A stretch of DNA of 64,000 nt from Auanema rhodensis. Lineage: Eukaryota > Animalia > Nematoda. A program made the position numbers and the translations under genes. Location: contig CAXKVF010000075.1 of the NCBI GenBank assembly GCA_964057225.1, positions 496,001-560,000 on the forward strand. Reading direction: 5' to 3'. The first letter of the stretch is position 1. Every line of letters begins with the position of its first letter. Under the pieces are notes generated by a model. That model saw only the letters and a program-made list of their open reading frames with translations, did not search any database and was not told the origin of the DNA. Below, in pieces: positions 22,201 through 37,200 of the stretch.

Positions 22201-25200
22201 TGACTTTGAAATTCACGTGAACTTTAATTTATGCTAATTAAATGTACACGTGATGTGCACTTGGTATGTAACTCGCTTCACGTGAAAGATAAAGAGATGC
22301 GGTTTTCAAAATTAGATTCCCCATCTCCATATTAGTCTAAAAACAAATTTTTATTGATATTGGTGCATGGTAACCATGACTTTGAAATTTACGTGAACTT
22401 TAATTTATGCTAATCAAATGTACACGTGATGTGCACTTGGTATGTAACTCGCTTCACGTGAAAGATAAAGAGATGCGGTTTTCAAAATTAGATTCCCCAT
22501 CTCCATATTAGTCTAAAAACAAATTTTTATTGATATTGGTGCATGGTAACCATGACTTTGAAATTTACGTGAACTTTAATTTATGCTAATCAAATGTACA
22601 CGTGATGTGCACTTGGTATGTAACTCGCTTCACGTGAAAGATAAAGAGATGCGGTTTTCAAAATTAGATTCCCCATGTCCATATTAGTCAAAAAACAAAT
22701 TTTTATTGATATTGGTGCATGGTAACCATGACTTTGAAGTTTACGTGAACTTTAATTTATGCTAATTAAATGTACACGTGATGTGCACTTGGTATGTAAC
22801 TCGCTTCACGTGAAAGATAAAGAGATGCGGTTTTCAAAATTAGATTCCCCATGTCCATATTAGTCAAAAAACAAATTTTTATTGATATTGGTGCATGGTA
22901 ACCATGACTTTGAAATTTACGTGAACTTTAATTTATGCTAATCAAATGTACACGTGATGTGCACTTGGTATGTAACTCGCTTCACGTGAAAGATAAAGAG
23001 ATGCGGTTTTCAAAATTAGATTCCCCATCTCCATATTAGTCTAAAAACAAATTTTTATTGATATTGGTGCATGGTAACCATGACTTTGAAATTTACGTGA
23101 ACTTTAATTTATGCTAATCAAATGTACACGTGATGTGCACTTGGTATGTAACTCGCTTCACGTGAAAGATAAAGAGATGCGGTTTTCAAAATTAGATTCC
23201 CCATGTCCATATTAGTCAAAAAACAAATTTTTATTGATATTGGTGCATGGTAACCATGACTTTGAAGTTTACGTGAACTTTAATTTATGCTAATTAAATG
23301 TACACGTGATGTGCACTTGGTATGTAACTCGCTTCACGTGAAAGATAAAGAGATGCGGTTTTCAAAATTAGATTCCCCATGTCCATATTAGTCTAAAAAC
23401 AAATTTTTATTGATATTGGTGCATGGTAACCATGACTTTGAAATTTACGTGAACTTTAATTTATGCTAATTGAATGTACACGTGATGTGCACTTGGTATG
23501 TAACTCGCTTCACGTGAAAGATAAAGAGATGCGGTTTTCAAAATTAGATTCCCCATGTCCATATTAGTCTAAAAACAAATTTTTATTGATATTGGTGCAT
23601 GGTAACCATGACTTTGAAATTTACGTGAACTTTAATTTATGCTAATTAAATGTACACGTGATGTGCACTTGGTATGTAACTCGCTTCACGTGAAAGATAA
23701 AAAGATGCGGTTTTCAAAATTAGATTCCCCATGTCCATATTAGTCTAAAAACAAATTTTTATTGATATTGGTTCATGGTAACCATGACTTTGAAATTTAC
23801 GTGAACTTTAATTTATGCTAATTAAATGTACACGTGATGTGCACTTGGTATGTAACTCGCTTCACGTGAAAGATGAAGAGATGCGGTTTTCAAAATTAGA
23901 TTCCCCATGTTCATATTAGTCTAAAAACAAATTTTTATTGATATTGGTGCATGGTAACCATGACTTTGAAATTTACGTGAACTTTAATTTATGCTAATTA
24001 AATGTACACGTGATGTGCACTTGGTATGTAACTCGCTTCACGTGAAAGATGAAGAGATGCGGTTTTCAAAATTAGATTCCCCATGTCCATATTAGTCTAA
24101 AAACAAATTTTTATTGATATTGGTTCATGGTAACCATGACTTTGAAATTTACGTGAACTTTAATTTATGCTAATTAAATGTACACGTGATGTGCACTTGG
24201 TATGTAACTCGCTTCACGTGAAAGATAAAGAGATGCGGTTTTCAAAATTAGATTCCCCATGTCCATATTAGTCAAAAAACAAATTTTTATTGATATTGGT
24301 GCATGGTAACCATGACTTTGAAGTTTACGTGAACTTTAATTTATGCTAATTAAATGTACACGTGATGTGCACTTGGTATGTAACTCGCTTCACGTGAAAG
24401 ATAAAGAGATGCGGTTTTCAAAATTAGATTCCCCATGTCCATATTAGTCAAAAAACAAATTTTTATTGATATTGGTGCATGGTAACCATGACTTTGAAAT
24501 TTACGTGAACTTTAATTTATGCTAATCAAATGTACACGTGATGTGCACTTGGTATGTAACTCGCTTCACGTGAAAGATAAAGAGATGCGGTTTTCAAAAT
24601 TAGATTCCCCATCTCCATATTAGTCTAAAAACAAATTTTTATTGATATTGGTGCATGGTAACCATGACTTTGAAATTTACGTGAACTTTAATTTATGCTA
24701 ATCAAATGTACACGTGATGTGCACTTGGTATGTAACTCGCTTCACGTGAAAGATAAAGAGATGCGGTTTTCAAAATTAGATTCCCCATGTCCATATTAGT
24801 CAAAAAACAAATTTTTATTGATATTGGTGCATGGTAACCATGACTTTGAAGTTTACGTGAACTTTAATTTATGCTAATTAAATGTACACGTGATGTGCAC
24901 TTGGTATGTAACTCGCTTCACGTGAAAGATAAAGAGATGCGGTTTTCAAAATTAGATTCCCCATGTCCATATTAGTCTAAAAACAAATTTTTATTGATAT
25001 TGGTGCATGGTAACCATGACTTTGAAATTTACGTGAACTTTAATTTATGCTAATTGAATGTACACGTGATGTGCACTTGGTATGTAACTCGCTTCACGTG
25101 AAAGATAAAGAGATGCGGTTTTCAAAATTAGATTCCCCATGTCCATATTAGTCTAAAAACAAATTTTTATTGATATTGGTGCATGGTAACCATGACTTTG

Positions 25201-28200
25201 AAATTTACGTGAACTTTAATTTATGCTAATTAAATGTACACGTGATGTGCACTTGGTATGTAACTCGCTTCACGTGAAAGATAAAAAGATGCGGTTTTCA
25301 AAATTAGATTCCCCATGTCCATATTAGTCTAAAAACAAATTTTTATTGATATTGGTTCATGGTAACCATGACTTTGAAATTTACGTGAACTTTAATTTAT
25401 GCTAATTAAATGTACACGTGATGTGCACTTGGTATGTAACTCGCTTCACGTGAAAGATGAAGAGATGCGGTTTTCAAAATTAGATTCCCCATGTTCATAT
25501 TAGTCTAAAAACAAATTTTCATTGATATTGGTGCATGGTAACCATGACTTTGAAATTTACGTGAACTTTAATTTATGCTAATTAAATGTACACGTGATGT
25601 GCACTTGGTATGTAACTCGCTTCACGTGAAAGATGAAGAGATGCGGTTTTCAAAATTAGATTCCCCATGTCCATATTAGTCTAAAAACAAATTTTTATTG
25701 ATATTGGTTCATGGTAACCATGACTTTGAAATTTACGTGAACTTTAATTTATGCTAATTAAATGTACACGTGATGTGCACTTGGTATGTAACTCGCTTCA
25801 CGTGAAAGATAAAGAGATGCGGTTTTCAAAATTAGATTCCCCATGTCCATATTAGTCAAAAAACAAATTTTTATTGATATTGGTGCATGGTAACCATGAC
25901 TTTGAAGTTTACGTGAACTTTAATTTATGCTAATTAAATGTACACGTGATGTGCACTTGGTATGTAACTCGCTTCACGTGAAAGATAAAGAGATGCGGTT
26001 TTCAAAATTAGATTCCCCATGTCCATATTAGTCAAAAAACAAATTTTTATTGATATTGGTGCATGGTAACCATGACTTTGAAATTTACGTGAACTTTAAT
26101 TTATGCTAATCAAATGTACACGTGATGTGCACTTGGTATGTAACTCGCTTCACGTGAAAGATAAAGAGATGCGGTTTTCAAAATTAGATTCCCCATGTCC
26201 ATATTAGTCTAAAAACAAATTTTTATTGATATTGGTGCATGGTAACCATGACTTTGAAATTTACGTGAACTTTAATTTATGCTAATTAAATGTACACGTG
26301 ATGTGCACTTGGTATGTAACTCGCTTCACGTGAAAGATAAAAAGATGCGGTTTTCAAAATTAGATTCCCCATCTCCATATTAGTCTAAAAACAAATTTTT
26401 ATTGATATTGGTGCATGGTAACCATGACTTTGAAATTTACGTGAACTTTAATTTATGCTAATCAAATGTACACGTGATGTGCACTTGGTATGTAACTCGC
26501 TTCACGTGAAAGATAAAGAGATGCGGTTTTCAAAATTAGATTCCCCATCTCCATATTAGTCTAAAAACAAATTTTTATTGATATTGGTGCATGGTAACCA
26601 TGACTTTGAAATTTACGTGAACTTTAATTTATGCTAATCAAATGTACACGTGATGTGCACTTGGTATGTAACTCGCTTCACGTGAAAGATAAAGAGATGC
26701 GGTTTTCAAAATTAGATTCCCCATGTCCATATTAGTCTAAAAACAAATTTTTATTGATATTGGTTCATGGTAACCATGACTTTGAAATTTACGTGAACTT
26801 TAATTTATGCTAATTAAATGTACACGTGATGTGCACTTGGTATGTAACTCGCTTCACGTGAAAGATAAAGAGATGCGGTTTTCAAAATTAGATTCCCCAT
26901 CTCCATATTAGTCTAAAAACAAATTTTTATTGATATTGGTGCATGGTAACCATGACTTTGAAATTTACGTGAACTTTAATTTATGCTAATTGAATGTACA
27001 CGTGATGTGCACTTGGTATGTAACTCGCTTCACGTGAAAGATAAAGAGATGCGGTTTTCAAAATTAGATTCCCCATGTCCATATTAGTCTAAAAACAAAT
27101 TTGTATTGATATTGGTTCATGGTAACCATGACTTTGAAATTTACGTGAACTTTAATTTATGCTAATTAAATGTACACGTGATGTGCACTTGGTATGTAAC
27201 TCGCTTCACGTGAAAGATAAAAAGATGCGGTTTTCAAAATTAGATTCCCCATGTCCATATTAGTCTAAAAACAAATTTTTATTGATATTGGTGCATGGTA
27301 ACCATGACTTTGAAATTTACGTGAACTTTAATTTATGCTAATTAAATGTACACGTGATGTGCACTTGGTATGTAACTCGCTTCACGTGAAAGATAAAGAG
27401 ATGCGGTTTTCAAAATTAGATTCCCCATGTCCATATTAGTCTAAAAACAAATTTTTATTGATATTGGTGCATGGTAACCATGACTTTGAAATTTACGTGA
27501 ACTTTAATTTATGCTAATTAAATGTACACGTGATGTGCACTTGGTATGTAACTCGCTTCACGTGAAAGATAAAGAGATGCGGTTTTCAAAATTAGATCCC
27601 CCATGTCCATATTAGTCTAAAAACAAATTTTTATTGATATTGGTGCTTGGTAACCATGACTTTGAAATTTACGTGAACTTTAATTTATGCTAATTAAATG
27701 TACACGTGATGTGCACTTGGTATGTAACTCGCTTCACGTGAAAGATAAAGAGATGCGGTTTTCAAAATTAGATTCCCCATGTCCATATTAGTCTAAAAAC
27801 AAATTTTTATTGATATTGGTGCATGGTAACCATGACTTTGAAATTTACGTGAACTTTAATTTATGCTAATTGAATGTACACGTGATGTGCACTTGGTATG
27901 TAACTCGCTTCACGTGAAAGATAAAGAGATGCGGTTTTCAAAATTAGATTCCCCATGTCCATATTAGTCTAAAAACAAATTTGTATTGATATTGGTTCAT
28001 GGTAACCATGACTTTGAAATTTACGTGAACTTTAATTTATGCTAATTAAATGTACACGTGATGTGCACTTGGTATGTAACTCGCTTCACGTGAAAGATAA
28101 AAAGATGCGGTTTTCAAAATTAGATTCCCCATGTCCATATTAGTCTAAAAACAAATTTTTATTGATATTGGTGCATGGTAACCATGACTTTGAAATTTAC

Positions 28201-31200
28201 GTGAACTTTAATTTATGCTAATTAAATGTACACGTGATGTGCACTTGGTATGTAACTCGCTTCACGTGAAAGATAAAGAGATGCGGTTTTCAAAATTAGA
28301 TTCCCCATGTCCATATTATTCTAAAAACAAATTTTTATCGATATTGGTTCATGGTAACCATGACTTTGAAATTTACGTGAACTTTAATTTATGCTAATTA
28401 AATGTACACGTGATGTGCACTTGGTATGTAACTCGCTTCACGTGAAAGATAAAGAGATGCGGTTTTCAAAATTAGATTTCCCATGTCCATATTAGTCTAA
28501 AAACAAATTTTTATTGATATTGGTGCATGGTAACCATGACTTTGAAATTTACGTGAACTTTAATTTATGCTAATTAAATGTACACGTGATGTGCACTTGG
28601 TATGTAACTCGCTTCACGTGAAAGATAAAGAGATGCGGTTTTCAAAATTAGATTCCCCATGTCCATATTAGTCTAAAAACAAATTTTTATTGATATTGGT
28701 GCATGGTAACCATGACTTTGAAATTTACGTGAACTTTAATTTATGCTAATTAAATGTACACGTGATGTGCACTTGGTATGTAACTCGCTTCACGTGAAAG
28801 ATAAAGATATGCGGTTTTCAAAATTAGATTCCCCATGTCCATATTAGTCTAAAAACAAATTTTTATTGATATTGGTGCATGGTAACCATGACTTTGAAAT
28901 TTACGTGAACTTTAATTTATGCTAATTAAATGTACACGTGATGTGCACTTGGTATGTAACTCGCTTCACGTGAAAGATAAAGAGATGCGGTTTTCAAAAT
29001 TAGATTCCCCACGTCCATATTAGTCTAAAAACAAATTTTTATTGATATTGGTGCATGGTAACCATGACTTTGAAATTTACGTGAACTTTAATTTATGCTA
29101 ATTAAATGTACACGTGATGTGCACTTGGTATGTAACTCGCTTCACGTGAAAGATAAAGAGATGCGGTTTTCAAAATTAGATCCCCCATGTCCATATTAGT
29201 CTAAAAACAAATTTTTATTGATATTGGTGCATGGTAACCATGACTTTGAAATTTACGTGAACTTTAATTTATGCTAATTAAATGTACACGTGATGTGCAC
29301 TTGGTATGTAACTCGCTTCACGTGAAAGATAAAGAGATGCGGTTTTCAAAATTAGATTCCCCATGTCCATATTAGTCTAAAAACAAATTTTTATTGATAT
29401 TGGTTCATGGTAACCATGACTTTGAAATTTACGTGAACTTTAATTTATGCTAATTAAATGTACACGTGATGTGCACTTGGTATGTAACTCGCTTCACGTG
29501 AAAGATAAAAAGATGCGGTTTTCAAAATTAGATTCCCCATGTCCATATTAGTCTAAAAACAAATTTTTATTGATATTGGTGCATGGTAACCATGACTTTG
29601 AAATTTACGTGAACTTTAATTTATGCTAATTAAATGTACACGTGATGTGCACTTGGTATGTAACTCGCTTCACGTGAAAGATAAAGAGATGCGGTTTTCA
29701 AAATTAGATTCCCCATGTCCATATTATACTAAAAACAAATTTTTATCGATATTGGTTCATGGTAACCATGACTTTGAAATTTACGTGAACTTTAATTTAT
29801 GCTAATTAAATGTACACGTGATGTGCACTTGGTATGTAACTCGCTTCACGTGAAAGATAAAGAGATGCGGTTTTCAAAATTAGATTCCCCATGTCCATAT
29901 TAGTCTAAAAACAAATTTTTATTGATATTGGTGCATGGTAACCATGACTTTGAAATTTACGTGAACTTTAATTTATGCTAATTAAATGTACACGTGATGT
30001 GCACTTGGTATGTAACTCGCTTCAAGTGAAAGATAAAGAGATGCGGTTTTCAAAATTAGATTCCCCATGTCCATATTAGTCTAAAAACAAATTTTTATTG
30101 ATATTGGTTCATGGTAACCATGACTTTGAAATTTACGTGAACTTTAATTTATGCTAATTAAATGTACACGTGATGTGCACTTGGTATGTAACTCGCTTCA
30201 CGTGAAAGATGAAGAGATGCGGTTTTCAAAATTAGATTCCCCATGTCCATATTAGTCTAAAAACAAATTTTTATTGATATTGGTGCATGGTAACCATGAC
30301 TTTGAAATTTACGTGAACTTTAATTTATGCTAATTGAATGTACACGTGATGTGCACTTGGTATGTAACTCGCTTCACGTGAAAGATAAAGAGATGCGGTT
30401 TTCAAAATTAGATTCCCCATGTCCATATTAGTCTAAAAACAAATTTTTATTGATATTGGTTCATGGTAACCATGACTTTGAAATTTACGTGAACTTTAAT
30501 TTATGCTAATTAAATGTACACGTGATGTGCGCTTGGTATGTAACTCGCTTCACGTGAAAGATAAAGAGATGCGGTTTTCAAAATTAGATTCCCCATCTCC
30601 ATATTAGTCTAAAAACAAATTTTTATTGATATTGGTGCATGGTAACCATGACTTTGAAATTTACGTGAACTTTAATTTATGCTAATCAAATGTACACGTG
30701 ATGTGCACTTGGTATGTAACTCGCTTCACGTGAAAGATAAAGAGATGCGGTTTTCAAAATTAGATTCCCCATGTCCATATTAGTCTAAAAACAAATTTTT
30801 ATTGATATTGGTGCATGGTAACCATGACTTTGAAATTTACGTGAACTTTAATTTATGCTAATTGAATGTACACGTGATGTGCACTTGGTATGTAACTCGC
30901 TTCACGTGAAAGATAAAGAGATGCGGTTTTCAAAATTAGATTCCCCATGTCCATATTATTCTAAAAACAAATTTTTATCGATATTGGTTCATGGTAACCA
31001 TGACTTTGAAATTTACGTGAACTTTAATTTATGCTAATCAAATGTACACGTGATGTGCACTTGGTATGTAACTCGCTTCACGTGAAAGATAAAGAGATGC
31101 GGTTTTCAAAATTAGATTCCCCATGTCCATATTAGTCTAAAAACAAATTTTTATTGATATTGGTGCATGGTAACCATGACTTTGAAATTTACGTGAACTT

Positions 31201-34200
31201 TAATTTATGCTAATTGAATGTACACGTGATGTGCACTTGGTATGTAACTCGCTTCACGTGAAAGATAAAGAGATGCGGTTTTCAAAATTAGATTCCCCAT
31301 GTCCATATTATTCTAAAAACAAATTTTTATCGATATTGGTTCATGGTAACCATGACTTTGAAATTTACGTGAACTTTAATTTATGCTAATTAAATGTACA
31401 CGTGATGTGCCCTTGGTATGTAACTCGCTTCACGTGAAAGATAAAGAGATGCGGTTTTCAAAATTAGATTCCCCATGTCCATATTAGTCAAAAAACAAAT
31501 TTTTATTGATATTGGTGCATGGTAACCATGACTTTGAAGTTTACGTGAACTTTAATTTATGCTAATTAAATGTACACGTGATGTGCACTTGGTATGTAAC
31601 TCGCTTCACGTGAAAGATAAAGAGATGCGGTTTTCAAAATTAGATTCCCCATGTCCATATTAGTCTAAAAACAAATTTTTATTGATATTGGTGCATGGTA
31701 ACCATGACTTTGAAATTTACGTGAACTTTAATTTATGCTAATTGAATGTACACGTGATGTGCACTTGGTATGTAACTCGCTTCACGTGAAAGATAAAGAG
31801 ATGCGGTTTTCAAAATTAGATTCCCCATGTCCATATTATTCTAAAAACAAATTTTTATCGATATTGGTTCATGGTAACCATGACTTTGAAATTTACGTGA
31901 ACTTTAATTTATGCTAATTAAATGTACACGTGATGTGCACTTGGTATGTAACTCGCTTCACGTGAAAGATAAAGAGATGCGGTTTTCAAAATTAGATTCC
32001 CCATGTCCATATTAGTCTAAAAACAAATTTTTATTGATATTGGTGCATGGTAACCATGACTTTGAAATTTACGTGAACTTTAATTTATGCTAATTAAATG
32101 TACACGTGATGTGCACTTGGTATGTAACTCGCTTCAAGTGAAAGATAAAGAGATGCGGTTTTCAAAATTAGATTCCCCATGTCCATATTAGTCTAAAAAC
32201 AAATTTTTATTGATATTGGTTCATGGTAACCATGACTTTGAAATTTACGTGAACTTTAATTTATGCTAATTAAATGTACACGTGATGTGCACTTGGTATG
32301 TAACTCGCTTCACGTGAAAGATGAAGAGATGCGGTTTTCAAAATTAGATTCCCCATGTCCATATTAGTCTAAAAACAAATTTTTATTGATATTGGTGCAT
32401 GGTAACCATGACTTTGAAATTTACGTGAACTTTAATTTATGCTAATTAAATGTACACGTGATGTGCACTTGGTATGTAACTCGCTTCACGTGAAAGATAA
32501 AGAGATGCGGTTTTCAAAATTAGATTCCCCATGTCCATATTAGTCTAAAAACAAATTTTTATTGATATTGGTGCATGGTAACCATGACTTTGAAATTTAC
32601 GTGAACTTTAATTTATGCTAATTGAATGTACACGTGATGTGCACTTGGTATGTAACTCGCTTCACGTGAGAGATAAAGAGATGCGGTTTTCAAAATTAGA
32701 TTCCCCATCTCCATATTAGTCTAAAAACAAATTTTTATTGATATTGGTGCATGGTAACCATGACTTTGAAATTTACGTGAACTTTAATTTATGCTAATCA
32801 AATGTACACGTGATGTGCACTTGGTATGTAACTCGCTTCACGTGAAAGATAAAGAGATGCGGTTTTCAAAATTAGATTCCCCATGTCCATATTAGTCTAA
32901 AAACAAATTTTTATTGATATTGGTGCATGGTAACCATGACTTTGAAGTTTACGTGAACTTTAATTTATGCTAATTAAATGTACACGTGATGTGCACTTGG
33001 TATGTAACTCGCTTCACGTGAAAGATAAAGAGATGCGGTTTTCAAAATTAGATTCCCCATGTCCATATTAGTCTAAAAACAAATTTTTATTGATAATGGT
33101 GCATGGTAACCATGACTTTGAAATTTACGTGAACTTTAATTTATGCTAATTGAATGTACACGTGATGTGCACTTGGTATGTAACTCGCTTCACGTGAAAG
33201 ATAAAGAGATGCGGTTTTCAAAATTAGATTCCCCATGTCCATATTAGTCTAAAAACAAATTTTTATTGATATTGGTTCATGGTAACCATGACTTTGAAAT
33301 TTACGTGAACTTTAATTTATGCTAATTAAATGTACACGTGATGTGCACTTGGTATGTAACTCGCTTCACGTGAAAGATAAAAAGATGCGGTTTTCAAAAT
33401 TAGATTCCCCATGTCCATATTAGTCTAAAAACAAATTTTTATTGATATTGGTGCATGGTAACCATGACTTTGAAATTTACGTGAACTTTAATTTATGCTA
33501 ATTAAATGTACACGTGATGTGCACTTGGTATGTAACTCGCTTCACGTGAAAGATAAAGAGATGCGGTTTTCAAAATTAGATTCCCCATGTCCATATTAGT
33601 CTAAAAACAAATTTTTATTGATATTGGTGCATGGTAACCATGACTTTGAAATTTACGTGAACTTTAATTTATGCTAATTGAATGTACACGTGATGTGCAC
33701 TTGGTATGTAACTCGCTTCACGTGAAAGATAAAGAGATGCGGTTTTCAAAATTAGATTCCCCATGTCCATATTAGTCTAAAAACAAATTTTTATTGATAT
33801 TGGTTCATGGTAACCATGACTTTGAAGTTTACGTGAACTTTAATTTATGCTAATTAAATGTACACGTGATGTGCACTTGGTATGTAACTCGCTTCACGTG
33901 AAAGATAAAGAGATGCGGTTTTCAAAATTAGATTCCCCATGTCCATATTAGTCTAAAAACAAATTTTTATTGATATTGGTGCATGGTAACCATGACTTTG
34001 AAATTTACGTGAACTTTAATTTATGCTAATTGAATGTACACGTGATGTGCACTTGGTATGTAACTCGCTTCACGTGAAAGATAAAGAGATGCGGTTTTCA
34101 AAATTAGATTCCCCATGTCCATATTAGTCTAAAAACAAATTTTTATTGATATTGGTTCATGGTAACCATGACTTTGAAATTTACGTGAACTTTAATTTAT

Positions 34201-37200
34201 GCTAATTAAATGTACACGTGATGTGCACTTGGTATGTAACTCGCTTCACGTGAAAGATAAAAAGATGCGGTTTTCAAAATTAGATTCCCCATGTCCATAT
34301 TAGTCTAAAAACAAATTTTTATTGATATTGGTGCATGGTAACCATGACTTTGAAATTTACGTGAACTTTAATTTATGCTAATTAAATGTACACGTGATGT
34401 GCACTTGGTATGTAACTCGCTTCACGTGAAAGATAAAGAGATGCGGTTTTCAAAATTAGATTCCCCATGTCCATATTATTCTAAAAACAAATTTTTATCG
34501 ATATTGGTTCATGGTAACCATGACTTTGAAATTTACGTGAACTTTAATTTATGCTAATCAAATGTACACGTGATGTGCACTTGGTATGTAACTCGCTTCA
34601 AGTGAAAGATAAAGAGATGCGGTTTTCAAAATTAGATTCCCCATGTCCATATTAGTCTAAAAACAAATTTTTATTGATATTGGTTCATGGTAACCATGAC
34701 TTTGAAATTTACGTGAACTTTAATTTATGCTAATTAAATGTACACGTGATGTGCACTTGGTATGTAACTCGCTTCACGTGAAAGATGAAGAGATGCGGTT
34801 TTCAAAATTAGATTCCCCATGTCCATATTAGTCTAAAAACAAATTTTTATTGATATTGGTGCATGGTAACCATGACTTTGAAATTTACGTGAACTTTAAT
34901 TTATGCTAATTAAATGTACACGTGATGTGCACTTGGTATGTAACTCGCTTCACGTGAAAGATAAAGAGATGCGGTTTTCAAAATTAGATTCCCCATGTCC
35001 ATATTAGTCTAAAAACAAATTTTTATTGATATTGGTGCATGGTAACCATGACTTTGAAATTTACGTGAACTTTAATTTATGCTAATTGAATATACACGTG
35101 ATGTGCACTTGGTATGTAACTCGCTTCACGTGAGAGATAAAGAGATGCGGTTTTCAAAATTAGATTCCCCATCTCCATATTAGTCTAAAAACAAATTTTT
35201 ATTGATATTGGTGCATGGTAACCATGACTTTGAAATTTACGTGAACTTTAATTTATGCTAATCAAATGTACACGTGATGTGCACTTGGTATGTAACTCGC
35301 TTCACGTGAAAGATAAAGAGATGCGGTTTTCAAAATTAGATTCCCCATGTCCATATTAGTCTAAAAACAAATTTTTATTGATATTGGTGCATGGTAACCA
35401 TGACTTTGAAATTTACGTGAACTTTAATTTATGCTAATTGAATGTACACGTGATGTGCACTTGGTATGTAACTCGCTTCACGTGAAAGATAAAGAGATGC
35501 GGTTTTCAAAATTAGATTCCCCATGTCCATATTAGTCTAAAAACAAATTTTTATTGATATTGGTGCATGGTAACCATGACTTTGAAATTTACGTGAACTT
35601 TAATTTATGCTAATCAAATGTACACGTGATGTGCACTTGGTATGTAACTCGCTTCACGTGAAAGATAAAGAGATGCGGTTTTCAAAATTAGATTCCCCAT
35701 GTCCATATTAGTCTAAAAACAAATTTTTATTGATATTGGTGCATGGTAACCATGACTTTGAAATTTACGTGAACTTTAATTTATGCTAATTGAATGTACA
35801 CGTGATGTGCACTTGGTATGTAACTCGCTTCACGTGAAAGATAAAGAGATGCGGTCTTCTAAATTAGATTCCCCATGTCCATATTAGTCTAAAAACAAAT
35901 TTTTATTGATATTGGTGCATGGTAACCATGACTTTGAAATTTACGTGAACTTTAATTTATGCTAATTAAATGTACACGTGATGTGCACTTGGTATGTAAC
36001 TCGCTTCACGTGAAAGATAAAGAGATGCGGTTTTCAAAATTAGATTCCCCATGTCCATATTAGTCTAAAAACAAATTTTTATTGATATTGCTTCATGGTA
36101 ACCATGACTTTGAAATTTACGTGAACTTTAATTTATGCTAATTAAATGTACACGTGATGTGCACTTGGTATGTAACTCGCTTCACGTGAAAGATAAAGAG
36201 ATGCGGTTTTCAAAATTAGATTCCCCATGTCCATATTAGTCTAAAAACAAATTTTTATTGATATTGCTTCATGGTAACCATGACTTTGAAATTTACGTGA
36301 ACTCTAATTTATGCTAATTAAATGTACACGTGATGTGCACTTGGTATGTAACTCGCTTCACGTGAAAGATAAAGAGATGCGGTTTTCAAAATTAGATTCC
36401 CCATGTCCATATTAGTCTAAAAACAAATTTTTATTGATATTGGTGCATGGTAACCATGACTTTGAAATTTACGTGAACTTTAATTTATGCTAATTAAATG
36501 TACACGTGATGTGCACTTGGTATGTAACTCGCTTCACGTGAAAGATAAAGAGATGCGGTTTTCAAAATTAGATTCCCCATGTCCATATTAGTCTAAAAAC
36601 AAATTTTTATTGATAATGGTTCATGGTAACCATGACTTTGAAATTTACGTGAACTTTAATTTATGCTAATTAAATGTACACGTGATGTGCACTTGGTATG
36701 TAACTCGCTTCACGTGAAAGATAAAGAGATGCGGTTTTCAAAATTAGATTCCCCATGTCCATATTAGTCTAAAAACAAATTTTTATTGATATTGCTTCAT
36801 GGTAACCATGACTTTGAAATTTACGTGAACTTTAATTTATGCTAATTAAAAGTACACGTGATGTGCACTTGGTATGTAACTCGCTTCACGTGAAAGATAA
36901 AGAGATGCGGTTTTCAAAATTAGATTCCCCATGTCCATATTAGTCTAAAAACAAATTTTTATTGATATTGGTTCATGGTAACCATGACTTTGAAATTTAC
37001 GTGAACTTTAATTCATGCTAATTAAATGTACACGTGATGTGCACTTGGTATGTAACTCGCTTCACGTGAAAGATAAAGAGATGCGGTTTTCACAATTAGA
37101 TTCCCCATGTCCATATTAGTCTAAAAACAAATTTTTATTGATATTGGTGCATGGTAACCATGACTTTGAAATTTACGTGAACTTTAATTTATGCTAATTA

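Noticed and set aside
4087-34557. Repeated 60-65-aa ORFs (MLIKCTRDVHLVCN...) at 4087, 8663, 19224, 28215, 29623, 30855, 31207, 31735 and 34375
   Set aside because: They are single satellite monomers in which a substitution removes the TAG stop (mostly TAG>TAT). 176 is not a multiple of 3, and there is no domain or gene context. The 19224 ORF merely spans the LTR/satellite junction.
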